A stretch of 64,000 nt of DNA from Ruminococcus sp. (GCA_017523285.1 JAFWWU010000089.1:3962-67961); one strand, 5' to 3'. Counted from the stretch's first letter, positions 9,724 to 19,612 are shown. The notes: generated by a model from the letters alone, not told the origin. Made by a program: numbers and translations.

Positions 9724-10423
9724 GATATTGAAGCTTGTTAAAATGGACTTGATAATAATAAAGAATAAATCTGTTTTACCATTTGTCTTTTTTATGTCGG
9801 TTTATATGTTTCTTGGATATATAATATCACCTTATGCCGTTATTTCACCTGTTTTATTTGCAGGATTTATGATACAGCCGCTTTTTTCAATTGATGAACA
9901 GAATGATATGTCAAGATTATATGGATCTCTTCCTGTAAGCAGAAGAAACAGAGCAATTGCACGTTTTATGAGTGCAGGCTTAATAACTGCAATAGCACTT
10001 GTTATTTCAATGATTGCGGCATTTCATTCCGTTGAAGTAGGTTGGTTTAAGGAGCTGAACCCTGAATTATACGAAAGCTATTGCATTATGCAGTTAGAGG
10101 GGATTACAATAGGGATTGTAGCATGTTTTATTTATGCCGTTGTATGTTTTATATTAGGAATACAATATACATTGCTCTATTTGTTCGGAGCTTCAAAAGA
10201 GGCATTTACAATGATAGCTACCTTTCTTATTATTTTGGGATTTATTATTGCTGATGGACTGCTTTTTGACGGGAAAACTATGGATATATTTTCAAATGTG
10301 CTTTCAAGATTAATGATAAAGAGTGAGATGCTATTCTACATTGTTCTTTATGGTGCAAGTGTTGGTTTCCTTTTAATCTGTGCATTGATTTCAGGTTTAA
10401 TTATGAAAAAGCGTGAAATATAG
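9716..10423 (+). CDS. ABC-2 type transporter permease
   Basis: Multi-TM protein. ATG 9716 overlaps the ATPase stop (ATGAGTGA) and follows SD AGGAGAG. The track start at 9674 was rejected. Confidence 0.7.
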   Translation: MSEILKLVKMDLIIIKNKSVLPFVFFMSVYMFLGYIISPYAVISPVLFAGFMIQPLFSIDEQNDMSRLYGSLPVSRRNRAIARFMSAGLITAIALVISMIAAFHSVEVGWFKELNPELYESYCIMQLEGITIGIVACFIYAVVCFILGIQYTLLYLFGASKEAFTMIATFLIILGFIIADGLLFDGKTMDIFSNVLSRLMIKSEMLFYIVLYGASVGFLLICALISGLIMKKREI

Positions 10424-10690
10424 GCGCTTTGGAAATACTCTTATTGCAAAAAACGACAGCCTTGTATTTCTTTCACGCAGATACATCCAAAGACGATAAA
10501 TTATGCTTTGTTCGGATAAAAAAAGTGCTTATTTTCGCACGCAAAACAGCCGATATCGACTAATTATTCATGCATGACATAATATCCTTTTCTTTCCCTA
10601 TCAACAGACCGAAACTTACAAAAAAACGCATTGATTTTTGTTGAATGAGTGTGTTAATATAGTGAAGTAGTAAAAAGGAGGTCAAAGTAA

Positions 10691-11446
10691 ATGAATAACA
10701 AAATAAAAGTTTTAATCGGTGATGACTCAGCAGAATGTGGTGTAAGTATAGCGAATAAGCTCAGAGAACGAGGACTTTATGCCTATACTCGCAGAAAGGA
10801 CTGCAATGTGCTTTTTGAGGCAATCAAAAATGATTCGCCCGATATTGCGGTTCTTGACATTTCAGCCCAGAATGGCGACGCTGTTACCGTAATGAAGAGA
10901 GTAAAGGATATGGGACTTAAAATGCCTGCATTTATCATTACATCTTCATACGATAATGAGTTTATTGAGCGACAGGTTATGGAAAGCGGTGCATTCTATT
11001 ATCTGCTCAAGCCTTATGATGCTGAAGATTTATGTTCTGTAATCAAGAATGCAATGGCTGAAAAAATCAGTAATCTTTCCGATGATATGGAGATTGTCGT
11101 TACAGACATTATTCATCAGCTCGGAGTCCCTGCACATATCAAGGGTTATCACTACTTAAGAACGGCTATACTTTATTCTATCGAGGACAAAAATCTTCTC
11201 GACAGCGTAACAAAGCTTTTATATCCGACAGTTGCGGGTATATATGAAACAACCTCCTCAAGAGTTGAAAGAGCTATACGTCACGCTATCGAAATTGCGT
11301 GGGACAGAGGCAACATCGATACACTTAATTCATTATTCGGCTATACAGTTGATACAAGCAAGGGAAAGCCTACAAATTCAGAGTTTATTGCGCTAATTAC
11401 AGATAAGCTGAGACTTCAGTATAAATCAGTTTTAAGAAAAGTGTAA
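10691..11446 (+). CDS. spo0A: sporulation master regulator Spo0A
   Basis: Receiver domain (GDD, VLDI, LLKP) plus the diagnostic Spo0A C-domain ([40 protein letters not shown]). Confidence 0.9.
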   Translation: MNNKIKVLIGDDSAECGVSIANKLRERGLYAYTRRKDCNVLFEAIKNDSPDIAVLDISAQNGDAVTVMKRVKDMGLKMPAFIITSSYDNEFIERQVMESGAFYYLLKPYDAEDLCSVIKNAMAEKISNLSDDMEIVVTDIIHQLGVPAHIKGYHYLRTAILYSIEDKNLLDSVTKLLYPTVAGIYETTSSRVERAIRHAIEIAWDRGNIDTLNSLFGYTVDTSKGKPTNSEFIALITDKLRLQYKSVLRKV

Positions 11447-11548
11447 AAATAAAACTTGTAATATATTGTAAAATGTGATAGTATATATGTATATTGATGT
11501 ATGTTTTCTGCATCTCTATTACAATATATTGAAAGGATTATGATAATT

Positions 11549-12058
11549 ATGAGTTTTAAGAAAATTGATTTATCTGAGCTTACAATAAACCCATTTAAGC
11601 TTATAGGAAAGGATTGGATGCTTCTTACAGCTGGTAATGCTGAAAAATACAACACCATGACAGCTTCATGGGGACAACTTGGAGTTCTCTGGAATAAAAA
11701 TGTGTTTACATGTTATATCCGCCCTAACAGATATACATATGAATTTGTAGAGGACAATGAATTTTTCACAGCTTCATTCTTTGGTGAGGAATACAGAGAA
11801 GCTCTTAAATTCTGCGGTTCAAAGTCTGGCAGAGATTATGATAAGGCAAAGGAAACAGGTCTTACTCCGACTGAGCTTGACGGAAGCATTGCATTTAATG
11901 AAGCAAATATGGTTATCGTATGCAGAAAGCTTTATAAGGATTCTCTTAAATCTGAGGGATTTCTCACAAATGAAGGATTTGCAAATACATTTTACGGTGC
12001 TGACCCATATCATGAAAGATATATTGCAGAAATCGTTGCTGTATATGTAAAGGAATAA
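11549..12058 (+). CDS. flavin reductase-like (FMN-binding split-barrel) protein
   Basis: Resembles flavin reductase family proteins (..NTMTASWGQLG..). Start is uncertain: 11540 or 11549; the track start at 11501 has no SD. Confidence 0.6.
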   Translation: MSFKKIDLSELTINPFKLIGKDWMLLTAGNAEKYNTMTASWGQLGVLWNKNVFTCYIRPNRYTYEFVEDNEFFTASFFGEEYREALKFCGSKSGRDYDKAKETGLTPTELDGSIAFNEANMVIVCRKLYKDSLKSEGFLTNEGFANTFYGADPYHERYIAEIVAVYVKE

Positions 12059-12070
12059 TAAAAATCAGAA

Positions 12071-12112
12071 AAAACTCCTGCTTTCACCTAAAAGTGATGC
12101 AGGAGTTTTTTT
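12071..12112. terminator. bidirectional intrinsic terminator between convergent genes
   Basis: AAAACTCCTGC ... GCAGGAGTTTT stem flanked by an A-run and a T-run. Confidence 0.8.
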
Positions 12113-12126
12113 ATCATTATAAGTTT

Positions 12127-12597
12127 TTATATGTTACGGAATTTTTCAAGTATGTAATGTCCTTCTTCGTCAGGCTCTGTAATGCCATTTTTGTAATCAT
12201 AACCAAGATGACGGTAAAATTCCAGCCCTGTTTTTGATGCAGGAATTTCAATGCGTTTTGATTTAAGGAAAAATTCATCATGTTCAAGAGCTTCTATAAT
12301 AAGCCGTCCATAACCTTTACCCTGATATTCGGGCAGAACAAAAATAGTAAAGAAACAGCTTTCGTCTGTTTTATCCCAGTACGGACCGATTGCACCGCAG
12401 CCTATAATTTTATTATCCTCACATATTACATAAAAATGAGTCCATTCAGCACGTTTTATCAGGTATTCAGATGTAAAAAGTTCTGTTAATTGCTTTATGG
12501 ATTCTTCAGGATAATCATTGCTGTTGCATATTTGCATTGTTCTGCGTATAAGAGCAGAAACTTCATCAGCGTCTGAATTTTTAAATCTACGAATCAT
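12127..12597 (-). CDS. GNAT-family N-acetyltransferase
   Basis: 156 aa with the acetyl-CoA motif (VLPEYQGKGYGRLII). Its start overlaps the upstream stop by 4 nt (ATGA). Confidence 0.85.
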   Translation of the reverse strand: MIRRFKNSDADEVSALIRRTMQICNSNDYPEESIKQLTELFTSEYLIKRAEWTHFYVICEDNKIIGCGAIGPYWDKTDESCFFTIFVLPEYQGKGYGRLIIEALEHDEFFLKSKRIEIPASKTGLEFYRHLGYDYKNGITEPDEEGHYILEKFRNI

Positions 12598-13709
12598 ATT
12601 TTATCACCTGTCTTTTCAATTAAATCAATTGTTTCTTTATAACATTTGCATTTTTTTACTTGTTCACGCTGTTCTTCCGTCATCTGAGAAAGTGCATTTT
12701 CAAGCTCAGCGTAAGCTTTGGATTTAATTTTGCTGTTATCATTGCAGGAATATGCTGTTATACAGTTTTTAGCAATCGTGTATAATTCTTTTGCTGCTTT
12801 TTCGTAATCTTCTTTTGCGGCATAGCACCTTGGTAAAAATCTGCGTATATAGTTTTCACAGACAGCTACATCAGCTTCAAGATAATCGAACGATTTATAG
12901 CTCTGAACTATTTTTAAACTCTTTTCACAGAATGAAAGTGCTTCTTCACTTTCTGCGTGCCATGATAAATCCTCAAAGCTATAGAAAAATTCTTTAGTTG
13001 TAGCATACAGTAACTTTCGTATATTTGCTGAAATATTATCCTTTGCCTGTTCAAATCCATATTGGAATTTAATAAGCTTTGTCATTATGCTTTCACGCAG
13101 ATTATTGCTTTCAAGACTTGGCAGACGTTCAATCATTTCTCTTGCTTTGTCAAATTGTTTTGTGTGGATATATATCCATGCCATAGCAAAATCAGAGCGT
13201 TCAACAGTTGTTCTGTCATCACAGAATCTTGTTATGCATGCATTTTTTCGTTCGCAATCATGAAAGATTTCATCACGTTCTTCGGTTGAGTCTGACATAA
13301 AACCATCAAAATCAGCATATCTGCTTATTTCAGCGGCGTGATTAATGCATTTGCACATAATCGTATAATTGGTAGGCTCTTTTTCTGATTCTATGCGGAA
13401 ATAGCTGTAAATAGCGAGATGCTTTTCAGCAGGCGGCATTGAAGAGGACATTATCAGTTTTTCGTGTCCCAGAGTAGCTTCGGTATGTGCCTTTCCGTAT
13501 ACCACAGAAGCGGCTCCAAGCAGAGAATCTGTTGTGATACCGAAAATCTGTGCAAGTGGAACAATAAGCGATAAATCAGGAAGACCTCCGCCGTTTTCCC
13601 ATTTTGATACAGCCTGTGGAGTTACGGAAAGTTGTGCTGCAATCTGTTCTTGTGTGAAACCACATTTATGACGCATTATTTTTATATTTTCTCCGATTGA
13701 AATACTCAT
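12594..13709 (-). CDS. XRE-family HTH regulator with a long helical (TPR-like) C-terminal domain
   Basis: N-terminal IKIMRHKCGFTQEQIAAQLSVTPQAVSKWENG is a Cro/C1-type HTH. The remaining ~300 aa are helical repeat-like (inference). Confidence 0.75.
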   Translation of the reverse strand: MSISIGENIKIMRHKCGFTQEQIAAQLSVTPQAVSKWENGGGLPDLSLIVPLAQIFGITTDSLLGAASVVYGKAHTEATLGHEKLIMSSSMPPAEKHLAIYSYFRIESEKEPTNYTIMCKCINHAAEISRYADFDGFMSDSTEERDEIFHDCERKNACITRFCDDRTTVERSDFAMAWIYIHTKQFDKAREMIERLPSLESNNLRESIMTKLIKFQYGFEQAKDNISANIRKLLYATTKEFFYSFEDLSWHAESEEALSFCEKSLKIVQSYKSFDYLEADVAVCENYIRRFLPRCYAAKEDYEKAAKELYTIAKNCITAYSCNDNSKIKSKAYAELENALSQMTEEQREQVKKCKCYKETIDLIEKTGDKI

Positions 13710-13811
13710 ATTATATCACTCCTTATCAGTCGGTACCGTAATTTTATTATAGTATATACTATGCTTAATGTCAATCAACCTCTTTTTTTACAAATGTAAA
13801 CGCAGAGTTGA

Positions 13812-13854
13812 GAAGAAAAGTCCTATGTAAAATCATAAAGATTTACACAGGACT
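13812..13854 (-). terminator. intrinsic terminator after the expansin gene
   Basis: 13-bp stem (one mismatch) AGTCCTGTGTAAA / TTTACATAGGACT on the minus strand, followed by a U-rich run. Confidence 0.7.
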
Positions 13855-13860
13855 ATTATA

Positions 13861-14754
13861 TTAATATGGAAATTGATTTTCTCCATCTACGATTTCATCA
13901 AGAACAAGAGGGATGTTCTCTTCAATTATAACATGTCCGTAGATATCTGTAATTCTGAATGTAAACGGACCTGCACCGTATTCTCTGCTCTCGAAATAAT
14001 TATAATTTCTGCGTGGAACCTCAACAAATTCGCCGTCTTTGCTTAGATATTCAAGCTTTGTTATAGGATAACGATGATTCCTTACCTGAACTCCGCACCA
14101 GAATTCAGTACTGCCTTCTTTGAAAACAAATTTCACAGGAGCATTTTCTGCTGAATAGAGAGGGATAATATGCCAGCTAACAGGAACACGTCCTTTTTCA
14201 ACAGGTGCAATAAGCGGAAAAGCATCAACATAGAGGTCAAGGTCACCCTTTTTGCCTTCGGGGAGCAAATCTGAAACGAACATTTCTATTGTGCCGAGTT
14301 CGCCTGTAACCTCAATATAAGCGCCTGCAAGCTGAGCTGTATTATAATCGGCAAGATTCATAGCAACAATCCAGCAATCGTCTTTAGAAATCGGGTCAAG
14401 CATTGCACAGCCGCCTTCATATCCTCCGCCATAGAATGTTCCGTCACCTGTATGAACAGTATTCATAGGTTCAAGAATAGCGGATTCATCCATAATATAC
14501 GAATTTTCAAGAGTTTCGCGCACAATATAACGACTCAGATAATTAAGGTCAGTTTTGTTTGTAACAGAGCTGTTATCGATATCGCATTGAGTAGTTTCGG
14601 GATTTGCCCTGAATTCTACAACGTCAAAAATATCGGTCATTTTGTCGTTGTTCAGGTCGGTTAGAATTGATGTTTCGGCAGTTGCTGTGGTATAAGTGGG
14701 AATAATCATTAAGAATGCGGCGAGAACAGCAGAAAATCGGGTTATTTTTTTCAT
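13861..14754 (-). CDS. bacterial expansin (EXLX1/YoaJ-like: DPBB D1 + CBM63-like D2) with signal peptide and N-terminal dockerin
   Basis: GDGTFYGGGYEGGCAMLDP, YIEVTG, DLLPEGKKGDLDL and QVRNHRYPITKLEY match B. subtilis EXLX1 closely. DLNNDKMTDIFDVVEF...DIDNSSVTNKTDLNYL is a duplicated Ca-binding dockerin motif. ATG 14754 follows SD GAGGTGG. Confidence 0.8.
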   Translation of the reverse strand: MKKITRFSAVLAAFLMIIPTYTTATAETSILTDLNNDKMTDIFDVVEFRANPETTQCDIDNSSVTNKTDLNYLSRYIVRETLENSYIMDESAILEPMNTVHTGDGTFYGGGYEGGCAMLDPISKDDCWIVAMNLADYNTAQLAGAYIEVTGELGTIEMFVSDLLPEGKKGDLDLYVDAFPLIAPVEKGRVPVSWHIIPLYSAENAPVKFVFKEGSTEFWCGVQVRNHRYPITKLEYLSKDGEFVEVPRRNYNYFESREYGAGPFTFRITDIYGHVIIEENIPLVLDEIVDGENQFPY

Positions 14755-14810
14755 ACATTCCACCTCGTTTTATATTTTCACTTACATTATACAATTGCAA
14801 AGAAATATTG

Positions 14811-15980
14811 TCAATGGTATACGGCATAACCTATTGCAGATGAGGCTTCAACGAGCGCTATCTGACGAGCGATAACATCTTTGTTTTCAATCCATTCATT
14901 TATACCTGCACCTGCCCATTTATCCTCCTTGCCCTCTTTATAGCCAGCAAGTCCGATTATAAGTGCAACATCTTCGCAGACTGTGAGTTTTTCCCATTCA
15001 ATAAGAGTTTCGGCAAACGGACAGCTTTCATTTTCAAATCCGTAGTATATCTGCGGAATAATGTAATCACAATATCCCTTTGTGCCTGCCCATAATTTTA
15101 CATCGGCATATTGTGAAGTATAATTCGTGCTGATATTTCCTTGTGGACTTATACTGAATATAAGTTCAGAATTTACTGATTTCACAGCGTTATATATTGA
15201 TTTTACAAGCATATTGCAGTTTTCTCTGCGCCACTCTGCGAGATTGTCGGATTTGCTTTCGGTAAATGTGGATTTATCAAAATCAGGGCTTGTTGTAGGA
15301 TAAAAATAATCATCAATATGTATTCCGTCTAAATCATAATTCTGCGCTATAAATGATACTTCATCTGATATAAGCTGTATAACTTCATCGTATGCAGGAT
15401 TGAGGTAGCATCTTCCGTTTACAGTTGAAATAAGCGTGCCGAAATTTTGATTATACCATTTTTTAGTTATATATGTATCAGGTAGAGATTTGATTTCATC
15501 TTCTTTCTGACAGCGTAGAGGATTAATCCAGCCGTGAATTGATAAACCAAGTGAATGAGCTTTTTTAATCATAATTTCAAGAACATCATAGCTTCCTGTG
15601 TAATATGAGCCTTTCGGGAATACAGATGAGCTGTAATATGCATCACCGTAAGGTCTGATATGAACGAAAATTGTATTATATCCCTGATTTTTGATTTCGC
15701 TGAAATAAATGCTTACTGCATTTTCAAAATCCTTTTCGGCTTTATTAAGCATAAGGTTTTCGTATTCCATTACAGTAATCCATGTTGCTTTGATGAATTC
15801 GTGCTTTATGGGAGTATATTTTTTTTCTGCTTCTGAAGTGAAATCAAGATAAAGCTGGTCTTTTTCCTGTATATACATTGAAGCTGTGCTTTCATATAAG
15901 CTTGATGAAGCGTATGTGTTATGCTTACAGCCTGAAAGAAAAAATATAAAAACAATCAGAGTAGAAAATATTTTTTTCAT
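14811..15980 (-). CDS. GHL10 (family-10-like glycosyl hydrolase, YngK-like) lipoprotein
   Basis: Lipobox FFLSGC. FVHIRPYGDAYY, HGWINP, YLNPA and LDGIHIDDYFYP are typical of the GHL10 / DUF187 family. Confidence 0.7.
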   Translation of the reverse strand: MKKIFSTLIVFIFFLSGCKHNTYASSSLYESTASMYIQEKDQLYLDFTSEAEKKYTPIKHEFIKATWITVMEYENLMLNKAEKDFENAVSIYFSEIKNQGYNTIFVHIRPYGDAYYSSSVFPKGSYYTGSYDVLEIMIKKAHSLGLSIHGWINPLRCQKEDEIKSLPDTYITKKWYNQNFGTLISTVNGRCYLNPAYDEVIQLISDEVSFIAQNYDLDGIHIDDYFYPTTSPDFDKSTFTESKSDNLAEWRRENCNMLVKSIYNAVKSVNSELIFSISPQGNISTNYTSQYADVKLWAGTKGYCDYIIPQIYYGFENESCPFAETLIEWEKLTVCEDVALIIGLAGYKEGKEDKWAGAGINEWIENKDVIARQIALVEASSAIGYAVYH

Positions 15981-16265
15981 AAATAAACCGTCCTTCTCAA
16001 TATACTATATATTAAGCATATTAAAAAGGACGTGTATATATTACAGTATAAAAATAAAACGCCGTACAAACGGTGTACGGCAAACAAATAAAATAAAATA
16101 AATATAAAGGGGGAATTGGGGGATTATTTAAATCCATAGTTATTATAATCGGTTATCCTTAAAATAATCTTAAAATTTTCAGAAAAGAATATTGGCTTTT
16201 ATTAAAAGATTATAAGTGAATATGTGAATTGATTTTATGCAAAAGGTATAAATGATTCATAGCAC

Positions 16266-16294
16266 TTGACAAGTGGTGCGATATGGTGTATAAT
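16266..16294 (+). promoter_or_regulatory. sigma-A promoter of the ylxM-ffh-rpsP operon
   Basis: TTGACA (16266-16271), 17 nt, TATAAT (16289-16294). Confidence 0.65.
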
Positions 16295-16335
16295 GTGTAA
16301 AGTAGATTAGCATTACAGCTGAGGCAGGTATTGAT

Positions 16336-16671
16336 ATGTCAAAGGAACTTAAATTTGTACTTTTGCTTGATTGCTATGGCGATATGCTTACAGATAAACA
16401 GCGTGAAACTATGGAGCTTTATTACTGCGAGGATTTATCACTTGCCGAAATTTCAGAGCCGAGGGGGATTACCCGTCAGGCTGTGCGTGACGGCATAAAA
16501 CGCTCAGAACAGACCTTGCTTGATATGGAAGAAAAGCTCGGTTTTGCTTCTCGTTTATCTAAAATGCGTGAATGCTTTGAAGAACTGAAAGAGATTTCAG
16601 AGGAATTAAACTCAGCTGAATTATCTGAAAAGCTTGATAAATGCATTGAAAAAGGCTTGTCGCTTCTGTAA
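16336..16671 (+). CDS. ylxM: YlxM/p13-like putative DNA-binding protein (UPF0122)
   Basis: LLDCYGDMLTDKQRETMELYYCEDLSLAEISE..GITRQAVRDGIKR, and the conserved position upstream of ffh. Confidence 0.85.
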   Translation: MSKELKFVLLLDCYGDMLTDKQRETMELYYCEDLSLAEISEPRGITRQAVRDGIKRSEQTLLDMEEKLGFASRLSKMRECFEELKEISEELNSAELSEKLDKCIEKGLSLL

Positions 16672-16725
16672 AATGATTATATAGTATGGCTGATTTGCGG
16701 ATTTTACTGTAAAGGAGAGTGCTTT

Positions 16726-18114
16726 ATGGCTTTCGAGGGTCTTTCGGAAAAATTAAATAATGTCTTTAAAAAGCTGAAATCAAGAGGTAAGCTTACAGAG
16801 GCTGATGTTAAGGAAGCTATGCGCGAGGTGCGACTTGCTCTTCTTGAGGCTGATGTCAGCTATAAGGTTGTTAAGGATTTCGTAGCTAAGGTTACAGAAC
16901 GTGCTATCGGTGAGGATGTACTTGTAAGTCTTACCCCCGCACAGCAGGTTATTAAAATAGTTAATGAAGAATTATGTTCCCTTATGGGTAACGATAACGC
17001 AAGAATTAATCTTGCTTCAAAGCCGCCTACGGTTATTATGATGTGCGGACTTCAGGGTTCGGGTAAAACCACCCACTCAGCAAAGCTTGCAAAGCTTTTG
17101 AAGAAAGAGGGACATCGTCCGCTTCTTGTAGCGTGTGATATCTATCGTCCTGCGGCTATCAATCAGCTTCAGGTTGTAGGTGAAAAGGCTGATGTAAAGG
17201 TATTTGAAATGGGCAAGATAAGCCCTATCATTATCGCAAAGCAGGCTATGCGTCATGCTAAGGATTATGGTCATGATATAGTTATCATAGATACAGCAGG
17301 ACGTCTTCATATCGATGTTGAGCTTATGAATGAGCTTAAAGAAATAAAGGCTGAAACAAATCCTGATGAAATTATGCTCGTTGTTGACGCTATGACAGGT
17401 CAGGATGCTGTTAATGTTGCAAAGGCGTTTGATGAATCTATTGGAATCACAAGCGTTCTTATGTCAAAGCTTGACTCAGATACAAGAGGCGGTGCGGCAC
17501 TTTCCGTACTTGCTGTTACAGGTAAGCCAATCAAATATGTCGGTATGGGCGAAAAGCTTGACGATTTCGAGCAGTTCCATCCTGAACGTATGGCTTCAAG
17601 AATTCTCGGAATGGGTGACGTTCTCACTCTCATTGAAAAAGCCGAGAATGTTATGACAAAAAATGACGCTGAAAAGCTCACTAAGAAATTCAAGGAAAAT
17701 ACCTTTGATATGAATGATTTGCTCGACCAGTTCAAGCAGATTAAGAAAATGGGCTCTATGCGTTCTATTCTTGGAATGCTTCCCGGCATCGGAGATAAAA
17801 TCAAGGAAGCTGATATAGATGAACGTCAGCTTGACAGAATTGAAGCTATGATTACTTCAATGACTCCTGCTGAAAGAGCAAAACCTTCAATCATCAATCC
17901 GTCAAGAAAAAGACGTATCGCCGCAGGTTCGGGTATGAAGGTTGAAGATGTCAACAGACTTCTCAAGCAGTTTGACCAGATGCAGCAGATGATGAAGAAA
18001 TTCACAGGCAGCGGAAGTAAAATGAATCTCAGAAAAGCAAGAAAACAGCTTGCAGGTATGAATTTTGATAAGCTCACAGGAAAGGGCGGCGGAAATTTAC
18101 CGCCAATGTTCTAA
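16726..18114 (+). CDS. ffh: signal recognition particle protein Ffh
   Basis: NG domain (GLQGSGKTT, DTAGR, SKLDSDTRGG) and a Met-rich M domain. Confidence 0.95.
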   Translation: MAFEGLSEKLNNVFKKLKSRGKLTEADVKEAMREVRLALLEADVSYKVVKDFVAKVTERAIGEDVLVSLTPAQQVIKIVNEELCSLMGNDNARINLASKPPTVIMMCGLQGSGKTTHSAKLAKLLKKEGHRPLLVACDIYRPAAINQLQVVGEKADVKVFEMGKISPIIIAKQAMRHAKDYGHDIVIIDTAGRLHIDVELMNELKEIKAETNPDEIMLVVDAMTGQDAVNVAKAFDESIGITSVLMSKLDSDTRGGAALSVLAVTGKPIKYVGMGEKLDDFEQFHPERMASRILGMGDVLTLIEKAENVMTKNDAEKLTKKFKENTFDMNDLLDQFKQIKKMGSMRSILGMLPGIGDKIKEADIDERQLDRIEAMITSMTPAERAKPSIINPSRKRRIAAGSGMKVEDVNRLLKQFDQMQQMMKKFTGSGSKMNLRKARKQLAGMNFDKLTGKGGGNLPPMF

Positions 18115-18170
18115 AGCTTCAAATGCGGTTTCCGCTTTGATATATATAACTTTACGGAGGTGAAATAAAA

Positions 18171-18413
18171 ATGGCAGTTAAAATCAGACTCAGAAGAATG
18201 GGTGCTAAGAAGGCTCCTTTCTATCGTATAGTTGTTGCTGATTCAAGATATCCAAGAGATGGTAGATTTATCGAAGAAATCGGTTACTATGATCCAACTA
18301 AGGAACCATCAGTTGTTAAGGTTGACGCTGATAAGGCTAAGACTTGGATTTCTAATGGTGCTCAGCCAACAGACACAGTTAAGGGTATCTTCAAGAAAGA
18401 GGGTATACTCTAA
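18171..18413 (+). CDS. rpsP: 30S ribosomal protein S16
   Basis: [40 protein letters not shown]. Confidence 0.95.
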   Translation: MAVKIRLRRMGAKKAPFYRIVVADSRYPRDGRFIEEIGYYDPTKEPSVVKVDADKAKTWISNGAQPTDTVKGIFKKEGIL

Positions 18414-18495
18414 GCTGTTAGCTTTATAAGGTAACGAAGCGGAGGGAAGACTTAAATGTCTGACCTCTGTCTGCGATGCTTTGGAGGAAATTTAA

Positions 18496-18729
18496 ATGAA
18501 AGATTTATTATATACAATTGCAGCAGGTCTTGTTGAAGATAAGTCTGCAATTCAGATAACAGAAGACGCTCCTGATGAAGAAGGCGTAGTTGTATTTCAT
18601 CTTACAGTTGCTCCCGATGATATGGGACGTGTAATCGGTAAGCAGGGTCGTATTGCTAAGGCTCTCCGTACTATTATGCGTGCAGGCGCTGCAAAGAAGG
18701 ATATGAAGGTATCTGTTTCAATTGATTAA
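18496..18729 (+). CDS. KH-domain RNA-binding protein (YlqC-like)
   Basis: 77 aa with GRVIGKQGRIAKALRTI (GXXG KH motif). Conserved position after rpsP. Confidence 0.85.
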   Translation: MKDLLYTIAAGLVEDKSAIQITEDAPDEEGVVVFHLTVAPDDMGRVIGKQGRIAKALRTIMRAGAAKKDMKVSVSID

Positions 18730-18735
18730 GATGTA

Positions 18736-18783
18736 AAAACCTGTATTCAAAAAGGCTTGATGTCGGTGAATACAGGTTTTTTG
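18736..18783 (+). terminator. intrinsic terminator
   Basis: AACCTGTATTC ... GAATACAGGTT stem followed by T6. Confidence 0.8.
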
Positions 18784-18799
18784 TTATAGGAGTAATAAA

Positions 18800-19612
18800 A
18801 TGGAAATTATTGCTTTGTTATTTGCGTGTCTGTTGATATATTTTGCAGTTGAAAATATATTTATGCTCAGAGTGCGCAGGGAAAAGCTTTCAGATAACGG
18901 GGATATAAGGATAATTCATCTTTCCGATCTGCATAAAAGAACATTCGGTAAGGATAATAAGCGACTGCTTGAAAAAACGGAAAAGGAGAATCCCGATTTA
19001 ATAATTTTCAGCGGTGACGCTATAACAAGAGATTGTCGTGATTTTTCTGAATTAGAAAGGTTTCTGTGCCGCCTTGTAAAAATTGCTCCCGTATTTTTTG
19101 CATACGGAAATCATGAGCTTGATTTGCCCGATGAGTACAGAAAAAAGTTTGATGATGTGCTGAGAAAATGCGGTGTCCATTTTGCTGATAACGATACTGA
19201 AATTATTGAAATTAAGGAAAGAAAACTCTCTGTAACTTATGCAAGCCTTAAAAGAACAATCTACAAGAAAAACGGAAGCTATCGCAATCTTGATGATTAT
19301 ATTGTTGATGAGCTTACAGATAATCTGGGAAATCCGAATAAAAACTGTACTTCAATTCTTATTGCTCATAATCCCTTTTTTGCAGATGCTTATGAAAAAT
19401 GGGGGGCTGATTTTGTATTCAGCGGACATATTCACGGAGGGGCGGTAAGGATTCCGTTTCTTAATATCGGAGTGCTTTCTCCTGAGAGAAAATTCTTCCC
19501 GAAAAACGCAAAAGGCGTGTACAAAATAGGTAAAATGAGCCTGCTTGTTTCGGGGGGGCTTGGCAAGCTTCGATTATTCAATCCGCCTGAAATTGTACTT
19601 TATATAATTTGA
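18800..19612 (+). CDS. membrane-anchored metallophosphoesterase
   Basis: N-terminal TM helix plus HLSDLH, GDA, GNHE and GHIHGG calcineurin-like motifs. Confidence 0.8.
   Translation: MEIIALLFACLLIYFAVENIFMLRVRREKLSDNGDIRIIHLSDLHKRTFGKDNKRLLEKTEKENPDLIIFSGDAITRDCRDFSELERFLCRLVKIAPVFFAYGNHELDLPDEYRKKFDDVLRKCGVHFADNDTEIIEIKERKLSVTYASLKRTIYKKNGSYRNLDDYIVDELTDNLGNPNKNCTSILIAHNPFFADAYEKWGADFVFSGHIHGGAVRIPFLNIGVLSPERKFFPKNAKGVYKIGKMSLLVSGGLGKLRLFNPPEIVLYII

Noticed and set aside
10424-10690. Spo0A-box-like sequences (AACGACA, ATCGACT, GACCGAA) upstream of spo0A that would suggest autoregulation.
   Set aside because: They are only 5/7 matches to TGNCGAA/TTCGNCA, which is expected by chance in 270 nt.
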